Of a DNA stretch of 64,000 nt, positions 30,053 through 39,756 are shown piece by piece. The notes under the pieces were generated by a model. The model saw nothing but the letters and a program-made list of their open reading frames with translations. It was not told the DNA's origin and did not search any database. Positions within the stretch are counted from its first letter, which is position 1; every line of letters begins with the position of its first letter. Source of the DNA: a virus; the IMG/VR virus record IMGVR_UViG_3300017989_000003, positions 6,606-70,605 of that record. One strand, written 5' to 3'. The position numbers and the translations under genes are program-made.

Positions 30053-31424
30053 GTTTAACAAAAAGTTTCAAAATCATGTGGTTAGTACGATACTTAAGTC
30101 ATATAGAGCAGCAGCAGCTATATTACCAATAATTGAGACGAGATACTTTGAATATGATGGCAATAGACTATTAGTACGTGAACTAAAAGAATACTATAAG
30201 ATATACAGGACTTTGCCGTCTAAAGCAACTCTTAGTCAGGTAATGGACGATACATACCATGAGCATATTCGAAAGCTGTTTAAGAAAAAAATACCTGATG
30301 TTGATATTGTAGTGGCTGAGGTTAAAGAGTTTATAAATTTTCAAAATGCACGTGAGGCGTTTTATAAGGGAGCAGAGTTAATTGAGCGTGGGGATATCGA
30401 TGGTGTTTTTCCACTTATGAGGACAGCTTTTTCCAATAGAAGTAATAGCGTTACAGGACATGGAACTTCAGGTAGTTTTTTCAAGAAGCAATTACTCTCG
30501 AATATCATTGAAATTACAGTAATGGACACTGAAAAGGTTGTCCCTACTGGGTTCACACATCTAGATGAAACTATGAACGGGGGATTGCATCCAGGCGAGC
30601 TTGGTGTGATTATGGGTAGGCTAAAACTTGGTAAGTCGTTTTTCCTTCTGAATGTTGCATTTAATGCTGCTAGTTTCTTGGGTGGATTGAATGTAGTGCA
30701 TTATACTCTAGAGAACTCTAGATGGAAGACACTAAGACGGTATTATAGGAGGCTTATTCATCAATCTGAAATAACTATGGAAGAGGAAGACGTTATTCGA
30801 GAACGAATGGATTTATGTTTTACAGGGGATGTGTACGTTCAGCAGTTTCCTACGAAGAAAGCTTCTGTTTCGAGTTTATACTCGCATATGGACTATCTAA
30901 TAGGCGACGTAGGATTTAACCCTGATTTGATAGTGGTTGACTATGCTGACTTGCTTAAACCAGAGCGCGGTGTTGGTGAGAAAAGATTTGAGTTAAGCGC
31001 TATATTTGAGGATTTGCGGGCTATGGCTATTGAATTTGATGTACCAATATGGACTGCTACTCAAACTCGACGTCTTGGGCATAGTAAGTGGCTTGTTGAC
31101 GCCGATGATGCGTCGGAGAGTTACGAAAAGCCACAAATAGCTGATGTATTTGTTACAATGTCACGTACTCCAGAAGAAAAAGCTAATCATCAGATACGTC
31201 TTAATTGTGCGGCTATGCGTGACTCTCCTAGCGACAAGGTAATTATGGTACATACGGACTATAGAAAGTCGCTGATGTACACAACAGATGTTGCAGATGT
31301 CGAAGAACTTGCAGAGAAAGAAGCACAGGAAAAAGAAAATTATGAGAAACGGCGAAGATTTAAGAAAACTGATTCCAGAACTGTCGGTGAAGAATTATCC
31401 AAAAAGCGCAAGAATAAGCAGTAA
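30045..31424 (+). CDS. dnaB: Replicative DNA helicase (DnaB/gp41-like)
   Basis: GGLHPGELGVIMGRLKLGKS, VVDYADLL, WTATQ and ADVFVT motifs. Confidence 0.9.
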   Translation: MDKFNKKFQNHVVSTILKSYRAAAAILPIIETRYFEYDGNRLLVRELKEYYKIYRTLPSKATLSQVMDDTYHEHIRKLFKKKIPDVDIVVAEVKEFINFQNAREAFYKGAELIERGDIDGVFPLMRTAFSNRSNSVTGHGTSGSFFKKQLLSNIIEITVMDTEKVVPTGFTHLDETMNGGLHPGELGVIMGRLKLGKSFFLLNVAFNAASFLGGLNVVHYTLENSRWKTLRRYYRRLIHQSEITMEEEDVIRERMDLCFTGDVYVQQFPTKKASVSSLYSHMDYLIGDVGFNPDLIVVDYADLLKPERGVGEKRFELSAIFEDLRAMAIEFDVPIWTATQTRRLGHSKWLVDADDASESYEKPQIADVFVTMSRTPEEKANHQIRLNCAAMRDSPSDKVIMVHTDYRKSLMYTTDVADVEELAEKEAQEKENYEKRRRFKKTDSRTVGEELSKKRKNKQ

Positions 31425-32382
31425 AAGCGCGTTATCGGCTTTGAAAAGAGTTTTGGGGGATTTCACACGGACAGGCGGGGAATATAACTTTGAGTGCCCT
31501 TTTTGTGAAAGCAGTGGGAATTCAGTTATAGGTCACCTGCATGTTAGTCTTAAAAAGGGTAAGGCACTGTGTCATAAATGTGGGTATGGGGCTGGGGTAT
31601 TAATTAAACTTTTCTATGACCTTGGCATTGACGACCCTGACTTGTTTGTAGCTATACCTACTAAGATAAAAACATTTCTGAACGATGTATTCTATAAAGA
31701 CGATAGTAGTGACTCAGTCGAGCCTGTAGAGTTGCCTAAAGGGTATACGGCACTCAGTATCAATTCTAAGGATATTGTTGATAAGCTTTTTTTAACGTAT
31801 TTGAAGCGTTATCGCGGTGTAACTGATAAAGAAATGTCGTTAATACCAATGGGGTACACTGTGTCTGGACAGTACAGTGGTAGGCTTATATTTCCAGTTT
31901 ACATGCATGGAAAATTTGTATATTTTACTAGCAGGTCGGTCATTGCAGGTAAACCTAAATCCTTGCATCCTGGAACTTCTAAGAAATATGTTGTATATGG
32001 TCTCGATTGGCTGGTCGATACATCTCATGTTTTTATTGTCGAGGGAGTTTTTGATACATTTGCTTTCCCAGGACGTTCTCTTGCAGTTCTAGGTCATTTT
32101 ATTACTCCGCAACAAGCTGAGGTGTTACGACGACTAGACGCTAGGGAATTTACCATATGCTTTGATTCAGACGTACCTATAGAGGTTATTCGTAGAACCT
32201 GTAGGTATTTGTCAACTCAGACGGAGTCTACGGTGTCTTTTATAGAGTTGGAACATGGAGACCCTTTTGACAATCGGCATACTATAGATAGGTATATAAG
32301 ACGTAGGATAGTGTATAACCAAGGACAGGCTATGCGTAATAAGCTCGAGGAGGTGTTTGAAAATGGGCGAAAGTTTCGTTAA
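31342..32382 (+). CDS. DNA primase (Zn finger + TOPRIM)
   Basis: CPFC...H...CHKC zinc-binding domain, GRLIFPV, and TOPRIM motifs VEGVFD and CFDSD. The start is uncertain; ATG 31342 was chosen. Confidence 0.88.
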   Translation: MRNGEDLRKLIPELSVKNYPKSARISSKSALSALKRVLGDFTRTGGEYNFECPFCESSGNSVIGHLHVSLKKGKALCHKCGYGAGVLIKLFYDLGIDDPDLFVAIPTKIKTFLNDVFYKDDSSDSVEPVELPKGYTALSINSKDIVDKLFLTYLKRYRGVTDKEMSLIPMGYTVSGQYSGRLIFPVYMHGKFVYFTSRSVIAGKPKSLHPGTSKKYVVYGLDWLVDTSHVFIVEGVFDTFAFPGRSLAVLGHFITPQQAEVLRRLDAREFTICFDSDVPIEVIRRTCRYLSTQTESTVSFIELEHGDPFDNRHTIDRYIRRRIVYNQGQAMRNKLEEVFENGRKFR

Positions 32383-32839
32383 AAAATGTTTTGGAAAGTT
32401 CAAATATCCTAAGTGTTTAACGCAGCCGTGTAGGCATGAGTGTGTTGATAAGTTTAACTCTGGTCGTAAAATCAAATTTGCCCTAAAACGTCAGAGTAAA
32501 AAAAGGTCTGAGACCAAAAAAATTTATAAGGGTGTGGGAAATGTCAGATTTGATGCTAAAACTGTTAGTAAATTTATTACCAAGGTGCTTAGAGGTATCC
32601 CCCTTAACAAGAATCAGGGAGTTGATGTAATAACGTGGTCTTACCGGAATAAGAGGTTAATATGGCTAAAAAAGGCAAAAAACCAAAAGGTTCAGATAGA
32701 GTTGATAAACGAGATGAGTTGCCCCGGAGCGCGGGTCACGAAGAAGAAGAGGATTTCGATAAGCGTATCATTAGACGACGAGATAAAATTAGAGCAGCTA
32801 AAAGAAAGCATACGTCGCTGGTTTCGCAACCGCAACTAA
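32357..32839 (+). CDS. Hypothetical basic protein overlapping the start of polA
   Basis: 160-aa Lys-rich ORF with N-terminal Cys residues; its last 178 nt overlap polA. Confidence 0.5.
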   Translation: MKMGESFVKKCFGKFKYPKCLTQPCRHECVDKFNSGRKIKFALKRQSKKRSETKKIYKGVGNVRFDAKTVSKFITKVLRGIPLNKNQGVDVITWSYRNKRLIWLKKAKNQKVQIELINEMSCPGARVTKKKRISISVSLDDEIKLEQLKESIRRWFRNRN

Positions 32840-35691
32840 ACTTACACTATCCTGCGGAATTAAAAGATAGCAAGGATGCTAAGATTAAGCGTTGGTTTAA
32901 CGCCGGTTGTTTGCATTGTTACATGTATCCATGCACTGGTTCCCCTATTATGGATAAATTTAAGGGCAAAGCTAGTAAGCAGCAAGAGGATTATTACGTA
33001 AATACCTATAAGGTTTCTGGACGTGGAAATACCGACCCTGCTATACTGTTTGTTGGCGAAGCGCCTGGTTACATGGAAGATAAGCTCGGCAAAGTTTTTG
33101 TTGGGGAATCTGGTAAAATATTACAAGATGCTATTCGGGATTCTGGTATAACTAAGTCATCTAAATGTAGTTGGTATATAGATAATGTTGTGTGTTGTAG
33201 ACCAAATGAGAATAAGACACCCTCATTTACTGAAATGATACCGTGTTCAGCATTTTTAGCGGATAAGATTAAAGAGCTAAATCCATCTGTGATTGTGCCT
33301 CTTGGCGGGTCCCCGCTTAAGATACTACTGAATGATAAAGACGCTAGAATAGGAACTTATGTCGGTAATATTCGGGATATAGAGCTTAGTATGGGTACGT
33401 TTAAGATGTTTCCTATGTGGCATCCTGCTTATATACTCCGTAATATGAATGTTTACGGAGATTACGTATTCTACTTGAAGCGTCTAAAAGACTTCTTGAC
33501 TGGCGATGCGTCTGTGGATGAATCTTTTGATATTGTTATTTCGAAAACTGAAAAGAGCGTGGTTAAGGCTGAGAAAGTAATTCAGAAAATGCTTATTGGT
33601 ACAAAGAAAACTGCATTTGATATTGAGACAGCTTCCGTAGCTGATGTTGAGAATGACGCTCTTAACCCATTTTCTTCGACGTCTAGAATTGTATCTATTG
33701 CATTTACATATGGAAGTGATAAAGCTGTTACTTTATATACTTACCACCCTGATATTAAAGACTCGGTACTTAATAAGAATCGCAAACTAGCGGAACTCAT
33801 TCTTAAGTCTAATATTAGGAAAATAGCCCATAATGCTAAATTTGACGTGTTGTTTATTCTTGAGAAGTGGGGGTTTGAGGTTAATAATCTTGTAGAGGAT
33901 ACATTGCTGACTCATTACAGTCTTGTAACTGAACAGCAGGGTACTCATGGGTTAAAGGCGTTAGCTACTCGATATGCGGGTTTAAGTGACTATTCTGACT
34001 ACGTACGCGATGAGGATATATTTAAGCGGAATCTTGTGTTCTCTATGTCAAAGAAGAAATTTGGGGAGTATAACGCTATGGATGTCATAGCCACTGACCG
34101 TATTAGTAAATCTTTTCGGGAGAAATCCAAAGATTTTATGGTATCTGTTAGTAACCCTGTGGCGTACAAGTTGATGCCAAAAGCTACAATTGCGCTCACA
34201 CGTATGGAACATAATGGTATGTTTATTGATATTGACATTGCCCGCGTAATTAAGAATATTTTTAAGAGAACGCGCAAAATATATAAGTCTAAGATAAGTA
34301 GTCACCACGTCATTAGAAGATACAAAAAATTGTTACCAAAACTACGTGAAAAAGGTGTAGTTGGAAAAACGGTTAAGAAGTTTACGATACGTTCTCATCC
34401 CCAGCTTAGGGTTATACTTTTTGACAAAAAGTTTTTAGGTTTGCCTGTGATTGCCCTCACAAAAAAGGCGAAGCTACCATCGACAAACAATAACGTTATG
34501 ACAACTTTATCCGCTAGGCATGACTGTGACTTATGTGGGTTAATACTGAATTATAGAGGAGTTGATAAGACTTATGGGACATACCTTAAGCCCTTTTACA
34601 AGATGGCTCGGGCAAATAATGGTTATATCCATGGAAGGTTTATGCTTTCAACTACTGTTACAGGTAGGTTGAGCAGTGTATCTCCAAATCTCCAAAATAT
34701 TCCTAACAAAAGTGCAGGACATGTTAAACGACTTGTAGTGTCTAGATATGGGGATGATGGTCTTATTCTTAGTATTGACTACTCTCAGTTGGAACTACGT
34801 GTTCTTGCAGCGCTGAGTGGCGATGAGAAAATGATGTCTGCTTACAAAGAGGGCAAGGATTTGCACAGGCTAACCATGTTGTCAATATATGGAATATCTG
34901 AGGAAGAGTATAATTCGTATGATAAGGATAAACAGGTTCTAATGAGAACTGTGGCTAAGAGAGTCAATTTTGGGGTTATATACGGTATTACCGCTGGTGG
35001 TATAGTAAACATATTAGAAGGTGAGGGCATTGTTATCGAGGAAGACGAAGCTGAGCTTTATATTGGTAGATTTTTTGAAGCGTATCCTGGCGTCGAGGAA
35101 TTTATCCAGAATGTTAAGGGCAAAATGTATGAGGATGGAGTGGCTGTATCAGCGTTTGGTCGTGTTAGGCGTTTTGCTGAGGCTCTTCTCGCGTCGTATT
35201 TAAGAAAAATAGCAGGCTATGATTCTCCGCATCTATATGGAACTTTAAGTAAGTCTGAACGCCAGGCGGCGAATCATGTTATACAATCTACTGCTAGTGA
35301 TTTAACATTATGTAGCCTGATAGCTTTTGACGATTGGTTAATTAAGCAGGATGTTGAGAAGGCTAAAACATTCGCTGTTATACATGATGCTATTGACGTG
35401 GATGTGAAACGGGAGTACGCTGTTGAAGTTATACAGAAACTTATTCATATCATGGAGCATGTACCTGAGTACTCTAATCTTATATTTACTAAGAAATTGG
35501 GTATTAATTGGGATTTTTTTAACCAAGTTCCCATTAAGGCTGATGCTGATATTGGGGTTAATTGGAGGGATATGGTGTCTTTAGAAGGTGAAATTACGGA
35601 CATAAATATCAGCAAATTACTTAATAAGTCGCTAGAGCGCCAAAACGAAGTTGACGCAGATTTGTTGGAGGGTAATTATTATGAAGGATAA
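32662..35691 (+). CDS. polA: Family A DNA polymerase with an N-terminal family-4 uracil-DNA glycosylase-like domain (SPO1-type architecture)
   Basis: UDG motifs GEAPG and HPAYILR; exonuclease motifs FDIET and HNAKFD; polymerase motifs DYSQLELR, AKRVNFGVIYG and IHD. RBS GAGG. Confidence 0.95.
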   Translation: MAKKGKKPKGSDRVDKRDELPRSAGHEEEEDFDKRIIRRRDKIRAAKRKHTSLVSQPQLNLHYPAELKDSKDAKIKRWFNAGCLHCYMYPCTGSPIMDKFKGKASKQQEDYYVNTYKVSGRGNTDPAILFVGEAPGYMEDKLGKVFVGESGKILQDAIRDSGITKSSKCSWYIDNVVCCRPNENKTPSFTEMIPCSAFLADKIKELNPSVIVPLGGSPLKILLNDKDARIGTYVGNIRDIELSMGTFKMFPMWHPAYILRNMNVYGDYVFYLKRLKDFLTGDASVDESFDIVISKTEKSVVKAEKVIQKMLIGTKKTAFDIETASVADVENDALNPFSSTSRIVSIAFTYGSDKAVTLYTYHPDIKDSVLNKNRKLAELILKSNIRKIAHNAKFDVLFILEKWGFEVNNLVEDTLLTHYSLVTEQQGTHGLKALATRYAGLSDYSDYVRDEDIFKRNLVFSMSKKKFGEYNAMDVIATDRISKSFREKSKDFMVSVSNPVAYKLMPKATIALTRMEHNGMFIDIDIARVIKNIFKRTRKIYKSKISSHHVIRRYKKLLPKLREKGVVGKTVKKFTIRSHPQLRVILFDKKFLGLPVIALTKKAKLPSTNNNVMTTLSARHDCDLCGLILNYRGVDKTYGTYLKPFYKMARANNGYIHGRFMLSTTVTGRLSSVSPNLQNIPNKSAGHVKRLVVSRYGDDGLILSIDYSQLELRVLAALSGDEKMMSAYKEGKDLHRLTMLSIYGISEEEYNSYDKDKQVLMRTVAKRVNFGVIYGITAGGIVNILEGEGIVIEEDEAELYIGRFFEAYPGVEEFIQNVKGKMYEDGVAVSAFGRVRRFAEALLASYLRKIAGYDSPHLYGTLSKSERQAANHVIQSTASDLTLCSLIAFDDWLIKQDVEKAKTFAVIHDAIDVDVKREYAVEVIQKLIHIMEHVPEYSNLIFTKKLGINWDFFNQVPIKADADIGVNWRDMVSLEGEITDINISKLLNKSLERQNEVDADLLEGNYYEG

Positions 35692-36118
35692 AACAAGTGT
35701 GTTTAAGATGTCTAGTGTATCTGTAAAAGTGGATGGTGTGGTGTACACATTTGAAGCATCTGTTTCTTTAGATTTAAGAAGTGCGGACTTTGACGCTATT
35801 TTGCATACACATGCTGAGGAGTACTATTTTTGGAGAAATCTTAGAGATAGAGTCAAGAAAAAATTGAGGTCTCTCAGATTTGAATATGAAGTTGTCTATT
35901 CTGAGGATTATTTCAGACATTTTTCAGTGGCGGAAAACTCTTACAATTTTGTTAGCAATAAAGTTATTGAGGGATTAATGACTGTATCAAATAACCAAGA
36001 TATAGCTAAATTAGCGCATAAGATTCGTTTAGCCGAGGATAAGCTCGATAAGCTAAATTCAATAGTATATGCGTTGGAGCATCGCAAGGCTATGATATCG
36101 TTAATTTCTAATATGTGA
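35681..36118 (+). CDS. Putative UvsY-like recombination mediator (coiled coil)
   Basis: Helical 145-aa protein ending ALEHRKAMI, located between the polymerase and SSB genes. Assignment is from context and shape. Confidence 0.5.
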   Translation: MKDKTSVFKMSSVSVKVDGVVYTFEASVSLDLRSADFDAILHTHAEEYYFWRNLRDRVKKKLRSLRFEYEVVYSEDYFRHFSVAENSYNFVSNKVIEGLMTVSNNQDIAKLAHKIRLAEDKLDKLNSIVYALEHRKAMISLISNM

Positions 36119-36154
36119 CATCTGTCGTCAAGGACTTTTTTGCAACCGGTAACG
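36115..36154. repeat. Dispersed palindromic element, copy 3 (left arm and loop only)
   Basis: GTGACATCTGTCGTCAAGG...TTGCAACCGGTAACG. Confidence 0.85.
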
Positions 36155-36232
36155 GTCTAGCTGTGTTTATAAATTTGTATACACAATATGAAGTGTAAAT
36201 AGAATTTTTTTGAATTTTTTTACTTTTTTTAC

Positions 36233-36260
36233 TTGACATTCAGTAAAATTTGACTAAAAT
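36233..36260 (+). promoter_or_regulatory. Sigma70 promoter of the SSB-recA-parB operon
   Basis: TTGACA (36233-38), 16 nt, TAAAAT (36255-60), with a T-rich UP element upstream. Confidence 0.8.
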
Positions 36261-36296
36261 TCTAAATGATTAACAACCCTGTTAGAAGGAGAAATT

Positions 36297-37649
36297 ATGG
36301 CAAAATCCAAAAAGCCTTTGAAAAAGGCTAAAAGTAAGTTTGACTTTGGTAGCATAGAGCAGTACCAGGGTGCAGATATGATGCCTGCTCTAAACGATGA
36401 CACTAGCTTTTTTTCAATGAAGGGCAAAAAGAATGCTCAGTTGCGTTTATTGCCAGTTGTTCGGAAGGGTGACGTACTGGTTAAAAAGGTTGGTAGACAC
36501 TGGTTCGATTCAAAGCCTTTTACATGTCCTAATATAACTTTCGGAAAACCTTGCTTAGTGTGCGAGCTTCGTAAGTTGTTACCTGACTTGCTTGAGAGTG
36601 CTACTAAAGCTAAACAAAAAATAATTGAAAAGGTCGCAGAAGCTTTGCGTCCTAAAGTCAGGTATTTTATGCGGGTGCTTGACCGAAAAGACATCGGCAC
36701 TGGTGTTCAAGTTTATGACGCTCCTTACCAAGTATTTCAGGTAGTATGGGAAGCTGTTAATAATTATAATATCAATGTTGCGCATCCTGAAGAAGGGTTT
36801 GACCTTTTTATTAGCAAAACTGGCAAGAATCGCGATACTAACTACAACTCACATTTTTCTGATAGTCCATCTGTCTTGGCTGATGATTACGACGAGTTAA
36901 TCCTTGCAATGGAAAATTCAAAATGGGAGTCTTTATGGGACTTAAAACCTGAATTGCAAGAATTTGCAGAGACATACGCTGAAGAAATCGGGGTTGACTT
37001 TAGGGAACTTGCTGAGACATGTGGTATCGAGCTAGATGCTGATGAATACGATGACGACCTTCCTGATATAGGAGAGGCTGACTCTGATGATGTCGAAGAG
37101 GACGAAGAGGACGAAGAGGACGAAGAGGACGAAGAAGATGACGATGAAGATGATGAGGAAGACGAAGAGGACGAAGAGGACGAAGAGGACGAAGATGATG
37201 AAGAGGACGAAGATGATGAAGATGATGAAGACGAAGAGGACGAAGAGGACGAAGAGGACGAAGATGAAGATGATGATGATGATGATGAAGAAGATGATGA
37301 GGAAGACGATGAAGACGAGGTAGTAGAAAGTGCCACTGAAGCAGCAAGAAAAGACAAGGGCGAAGGTAAAGTGGTGAGAAAGAAGAATGGGAAACTTTCT
37401 TACGTTAAGGCTGAGGATGCCCCTGACGACGCGAAAGCTAAAAAGGCAGTTGTTAAGAAAAAGCCTGCTGTTAGAGCTAAAGGCAAGAGCGGTGGCTCGA
37501 ACAAAGGAAGCGCTGTATCTGGTAAGAAAGGCAAATCTGTCGCTAACTCCGCTGTTACTAAAAAGAAATTCGAAAAGAAGGCATCTGCAAAAAAGAGTAC
37601 TAAGGCTGGAAAAGCTATTGTCAAAAAAGCAACAAAAAATAAAAAGTAG
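36297..37649 (+). CDS. T4 gp32-like ssDNA-binding protein with an internal acidic tract and a histone H1-like basic tail
   Basis: LRLLP, HW...FTCP...PCLVC zinc ligands and GFDLFISKTG; then about 85 D/E residues; then a K/A-rich tail. RBS AAGGAG. Confidence 0.85.
   Translation: MAKSKKPLKKAKSKFDFGSIEQYQGADMMPALNDDTSFFSMKGKKNAQLRLLPVVRKGDVLVKKVGRHWFDSKPFTCPNITFGKPCLVCELRKLLPDLLESATKAKQKIIEKVAEALRPKVRYFMRVLDRKDIGTGVQVYDAPYQVFQVVWEAVNNYNINVAHPEEGFDLFISKTGKNRDTNYNSHFSDSPSVLADDYDELILAMENSKWESLWDLKPELQEFAETYAEEIGVDFRELAETCGIELDADEYDDDLPDIGEADSDDVEEDEEDEEDEEDEEDDDEDDEEDEEDEEDEEDEDDEEDEDDEDDEDEEDEEDEEDEDEDDDDDDEEDDEEDDEDEVVESATEAARKDKGEGKVVRKKNGKLSYVKAEDAPDDAKAKKAVVKKKPAVRAKGKSGGSNKGSAVSGKKGKSVANSAVTKKKFEKKASAKKSTKAGKAIVKKATKNKK
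37095..37319 (+). repeat. Degenerate 9-bp (GAAGAGGAC / GAAGATGAT) tandem repeats encoding poly-D/E
   Basis: Directly visible low-complexity array inside the SSB gene. Confidence 0.95.
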
Positions 37650-37655
37650 GTGGTC

Positions 37656-38654
37656 ATGGCTAAAAAGCGCTCGAGTGTTAAGAAAACTGAGAATACCCCC
37701 AAAAAAAAGAACGCATCTGAGCTTACGGGTGGTAAGTCTATTTTTTCGTTGCTATCAGAGGAAGACCCTATATCTAAGGTTAAGCATTGGTTTCCAACTG
37801 GGTTGCCTCTTATGGATACATTTTTATCAGATGGTAGAGGCATCCCTGGGGGAAAGCTTATTGAAGTGTTTGGGAATTTCTCTACAGGCAAAACAGCGCT
37901 GTGTCACTACTTTATACAGATGATTCACCGTCTAGGAGGATGGGCAGTATTTATTGACTTTGAGTCCACTCTTGATGATGAACATCTTAGTTGTTATAAG
38001 GATATAGACTTAAGTAGAGTGTTGTACTCTGCTCCAGAGACTATTGAGGATGCATGGGGAGGAATCTTTGACTTTATTGACAAGTCGAAAGATTACTCCC
38101 CTTTTATTATATGTTTGGATTCGGTATCCGCTGGAGTCCCAAAAGCTGAATTAGGTGATGTACCATCTGTAGCTCCATTAGCCAGGGCGATGTCCCGTAA
38201 TCTGCGTAAGCTAATATTGAAACTTGCTGGAAAGCCTGGGTTTGCTTATTTTACTAATCAGGTTCGGACAAACATAGGTGCGATATCATTTGATAAGACA
38301 ACTAGACCTGGCGGTCATGCTCTGGATTTCTATTCGGACATAATAATAAAAAGTGCGATGAAGAAGAACCTAACAAAAACTGTCAATGGTGTTACAAAAT
38401 CTACGGGATACTTGATAGAACTAACTAGCAAGAAAAACAGGAAAGCTGCTCCTCGGGCTAAATATGAGTTTGTGTTGTCATTTAATCGGGGGGTGGATGT
38501 TCCAGAAACGATATTACATACGTTATTGAAAAATGACATTGCTAGAAAGCGTGGTAATAAGATAGTTGTTGGCGAGAAAGAGTATTCTTCGCGCAATGCA
38601 CTTATTGCTGCTATTGACAAGGACTCTGCTGAGTTTATGAAGTACTTTGGCTAA
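37656..38654 (+). CDS. recA: RecA/UvsX-like recombinase
   Basis: GIPGGKLIEVFGNFSTGKT, FIDFE, CLDSV, TNQVR and PGGHALDFYSD. Confidence 0.93.
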   Translation: MAKKRSSVKKTENTPKKKNASELTGGKSIFSLLSEEDPISKVKHWFPTGLPLMDTFLSDGRGIPGGKLIEVFGNFSTGKTALCHYFIQMIHRLGGWAVFIDFESTLDDEHLSCYKDIDLSRVLYSAPETIEDAWGGIFDFIDKSKDYSPFIICLDSVSAGVPKAELGDVPSVAPLARAMSRNLRKLILKLAGKPGFAYFTNQVRTNIGAISFDKTTRPGGHALDFYSDIIIKSAMKKNLTKTVNGVTKSTGYLIELTSKKNRKAAPRAKYEFVLSFNRGVDVPETILHTLLKNDIARKRGNKIVVGEKEYSSRNALIAAIDKDSAEFMKYFG

Positions 38655-38677
38655 TAAATTACACGAAAGGTAATAAC

Positions 38678-39745
38678 ATGGCTAAATCGAAGAAAAATAG
38701 TAAAGGGAAGTCTAAAGCAAAGAGCAAGAAAGAGTCGCCGGTTTCAAGTGCGACTATGGTGTGGCTTCCTATAAACGATATTGAGGTAATTGAGGGATTT
38801 AATCCAAGGGAGAACCTGGGAGCTCTCAAAGCTTTGGTTGATAGCATAAAGAAGAACGGAATTATCGAAAATTTGGTTGTGTGGGTAAAGGACAGTGTGT
38901 ACTACTTAATATGTGGGCATCGTCGTCTCAAAGCTGCTGTTGAAGCTGGTATGACTGAAGTTCCAGTTACTGTTAGAACTGACGTTAAAGATGCAAATCA
39001 GGCGTTGTTAATAGCTATAGCCGAGAATTCGTCTGATAGCAGGTATAACCTAACTCCTATTGAGGAAGCTATAGCGTTTAATCGACTTAAGGAGGAAGGG
39101 TATAATATTACGGAGATTGCTCTTCAAAGTGGACTGTCCAGGACTAAAGTTAGTCGTACACTTAAGATTTTGGAGTTGCCTGACAGGGTTAGGGACAATG
39201 TTCGTTCTAGCTTACTGTCGGCTAATGCTGCTATGGCTATAGCTGATTTACCAGAGAAAGAAAGAAATGCTGTGTTTAAGAATATCGACAATATTGCGAA
39301 TAAAGCTCAGTTAGACTCAATGCTTGAGAAAATAAGCGTTAAAAAGAAGTCTGATAAAGTCGATATTGAGTATATCACAAAGAACCGCACGAACAAGGAC
39401 ATCCGCAACGCTATTCTTAACTTTTACGACGATTACAAAAATGAGAAAAAGAAAACTGTTCAAGCTAACATTCTCCACATTATAGCTACGCTACTGTGGA
39501 CATTGGGAGAAATTGACTTTATTGATATCGAGGACAAAGTGTTTCTAGAACAGATAGAGTTCATAGATTCGGAGTGGGAAGAGTTGGAGCACAGTGAACC
39601 TGAAGAAGAAGGCGAAGAAGATGACGAGACTTCCGAATACGAAGAAGACGAGGACGCCGATGAGGAAGAGTACGAAGAGGATGATGAAGTCGAGGACGAA
39701 GACGACGAAGAGTACGAAGATGACGACGACGAAGAGTACGAATAG
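38678..39745 (+). CDS. parB: ParB/Spo0J-like protein with an acidic C-terminal tail
   Basis: FNPR, LICGHRRLKAA, AENS...LTPIEEA and an HTH segment. Confidence 0.9.
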   Translation: MAKSKKNSKGKSKAKSKKESPVSSATMVWLPINDIEVIEGFNPRENLGALKALVDSIKKNGIIENLVVWVKDSVYYLICGHRRLKAAVEAGMTEVPVTVRTDVKDANQALLIAIAENSSDSRYNLTPIEEAIAFNRLKEEGYNITEIALQSGLSRTKVSRTLKILELPDRVRDNVRSSLLSANAAMAIADLPEKERNAVFKNIDNIANKAQLDSMLEKISVKKKSDKVDIEYITKNRTNKDIRNAILNFYDDYKNEKKKTVQANILHIIATLLWTLGEIDFIDIEDKVFLEQIEFIDSEWEELEHSEPEEEGEEDDETSEYEEDEDADEEEYEEDDEVEDEDDEEYEDDDDEEYE

Positions 39746-39756
39746 AAGGGGGTTTC

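Noticed and set aside
36887-37357. Poly-Ser, His-rich and Met/Lys-rich ORFs (minus strand and alternative frames) over the SSB acidic tract
   Set aside because: They are shadow translations of the GAA/GAC/GAT repeat, with no RBS or independent features.
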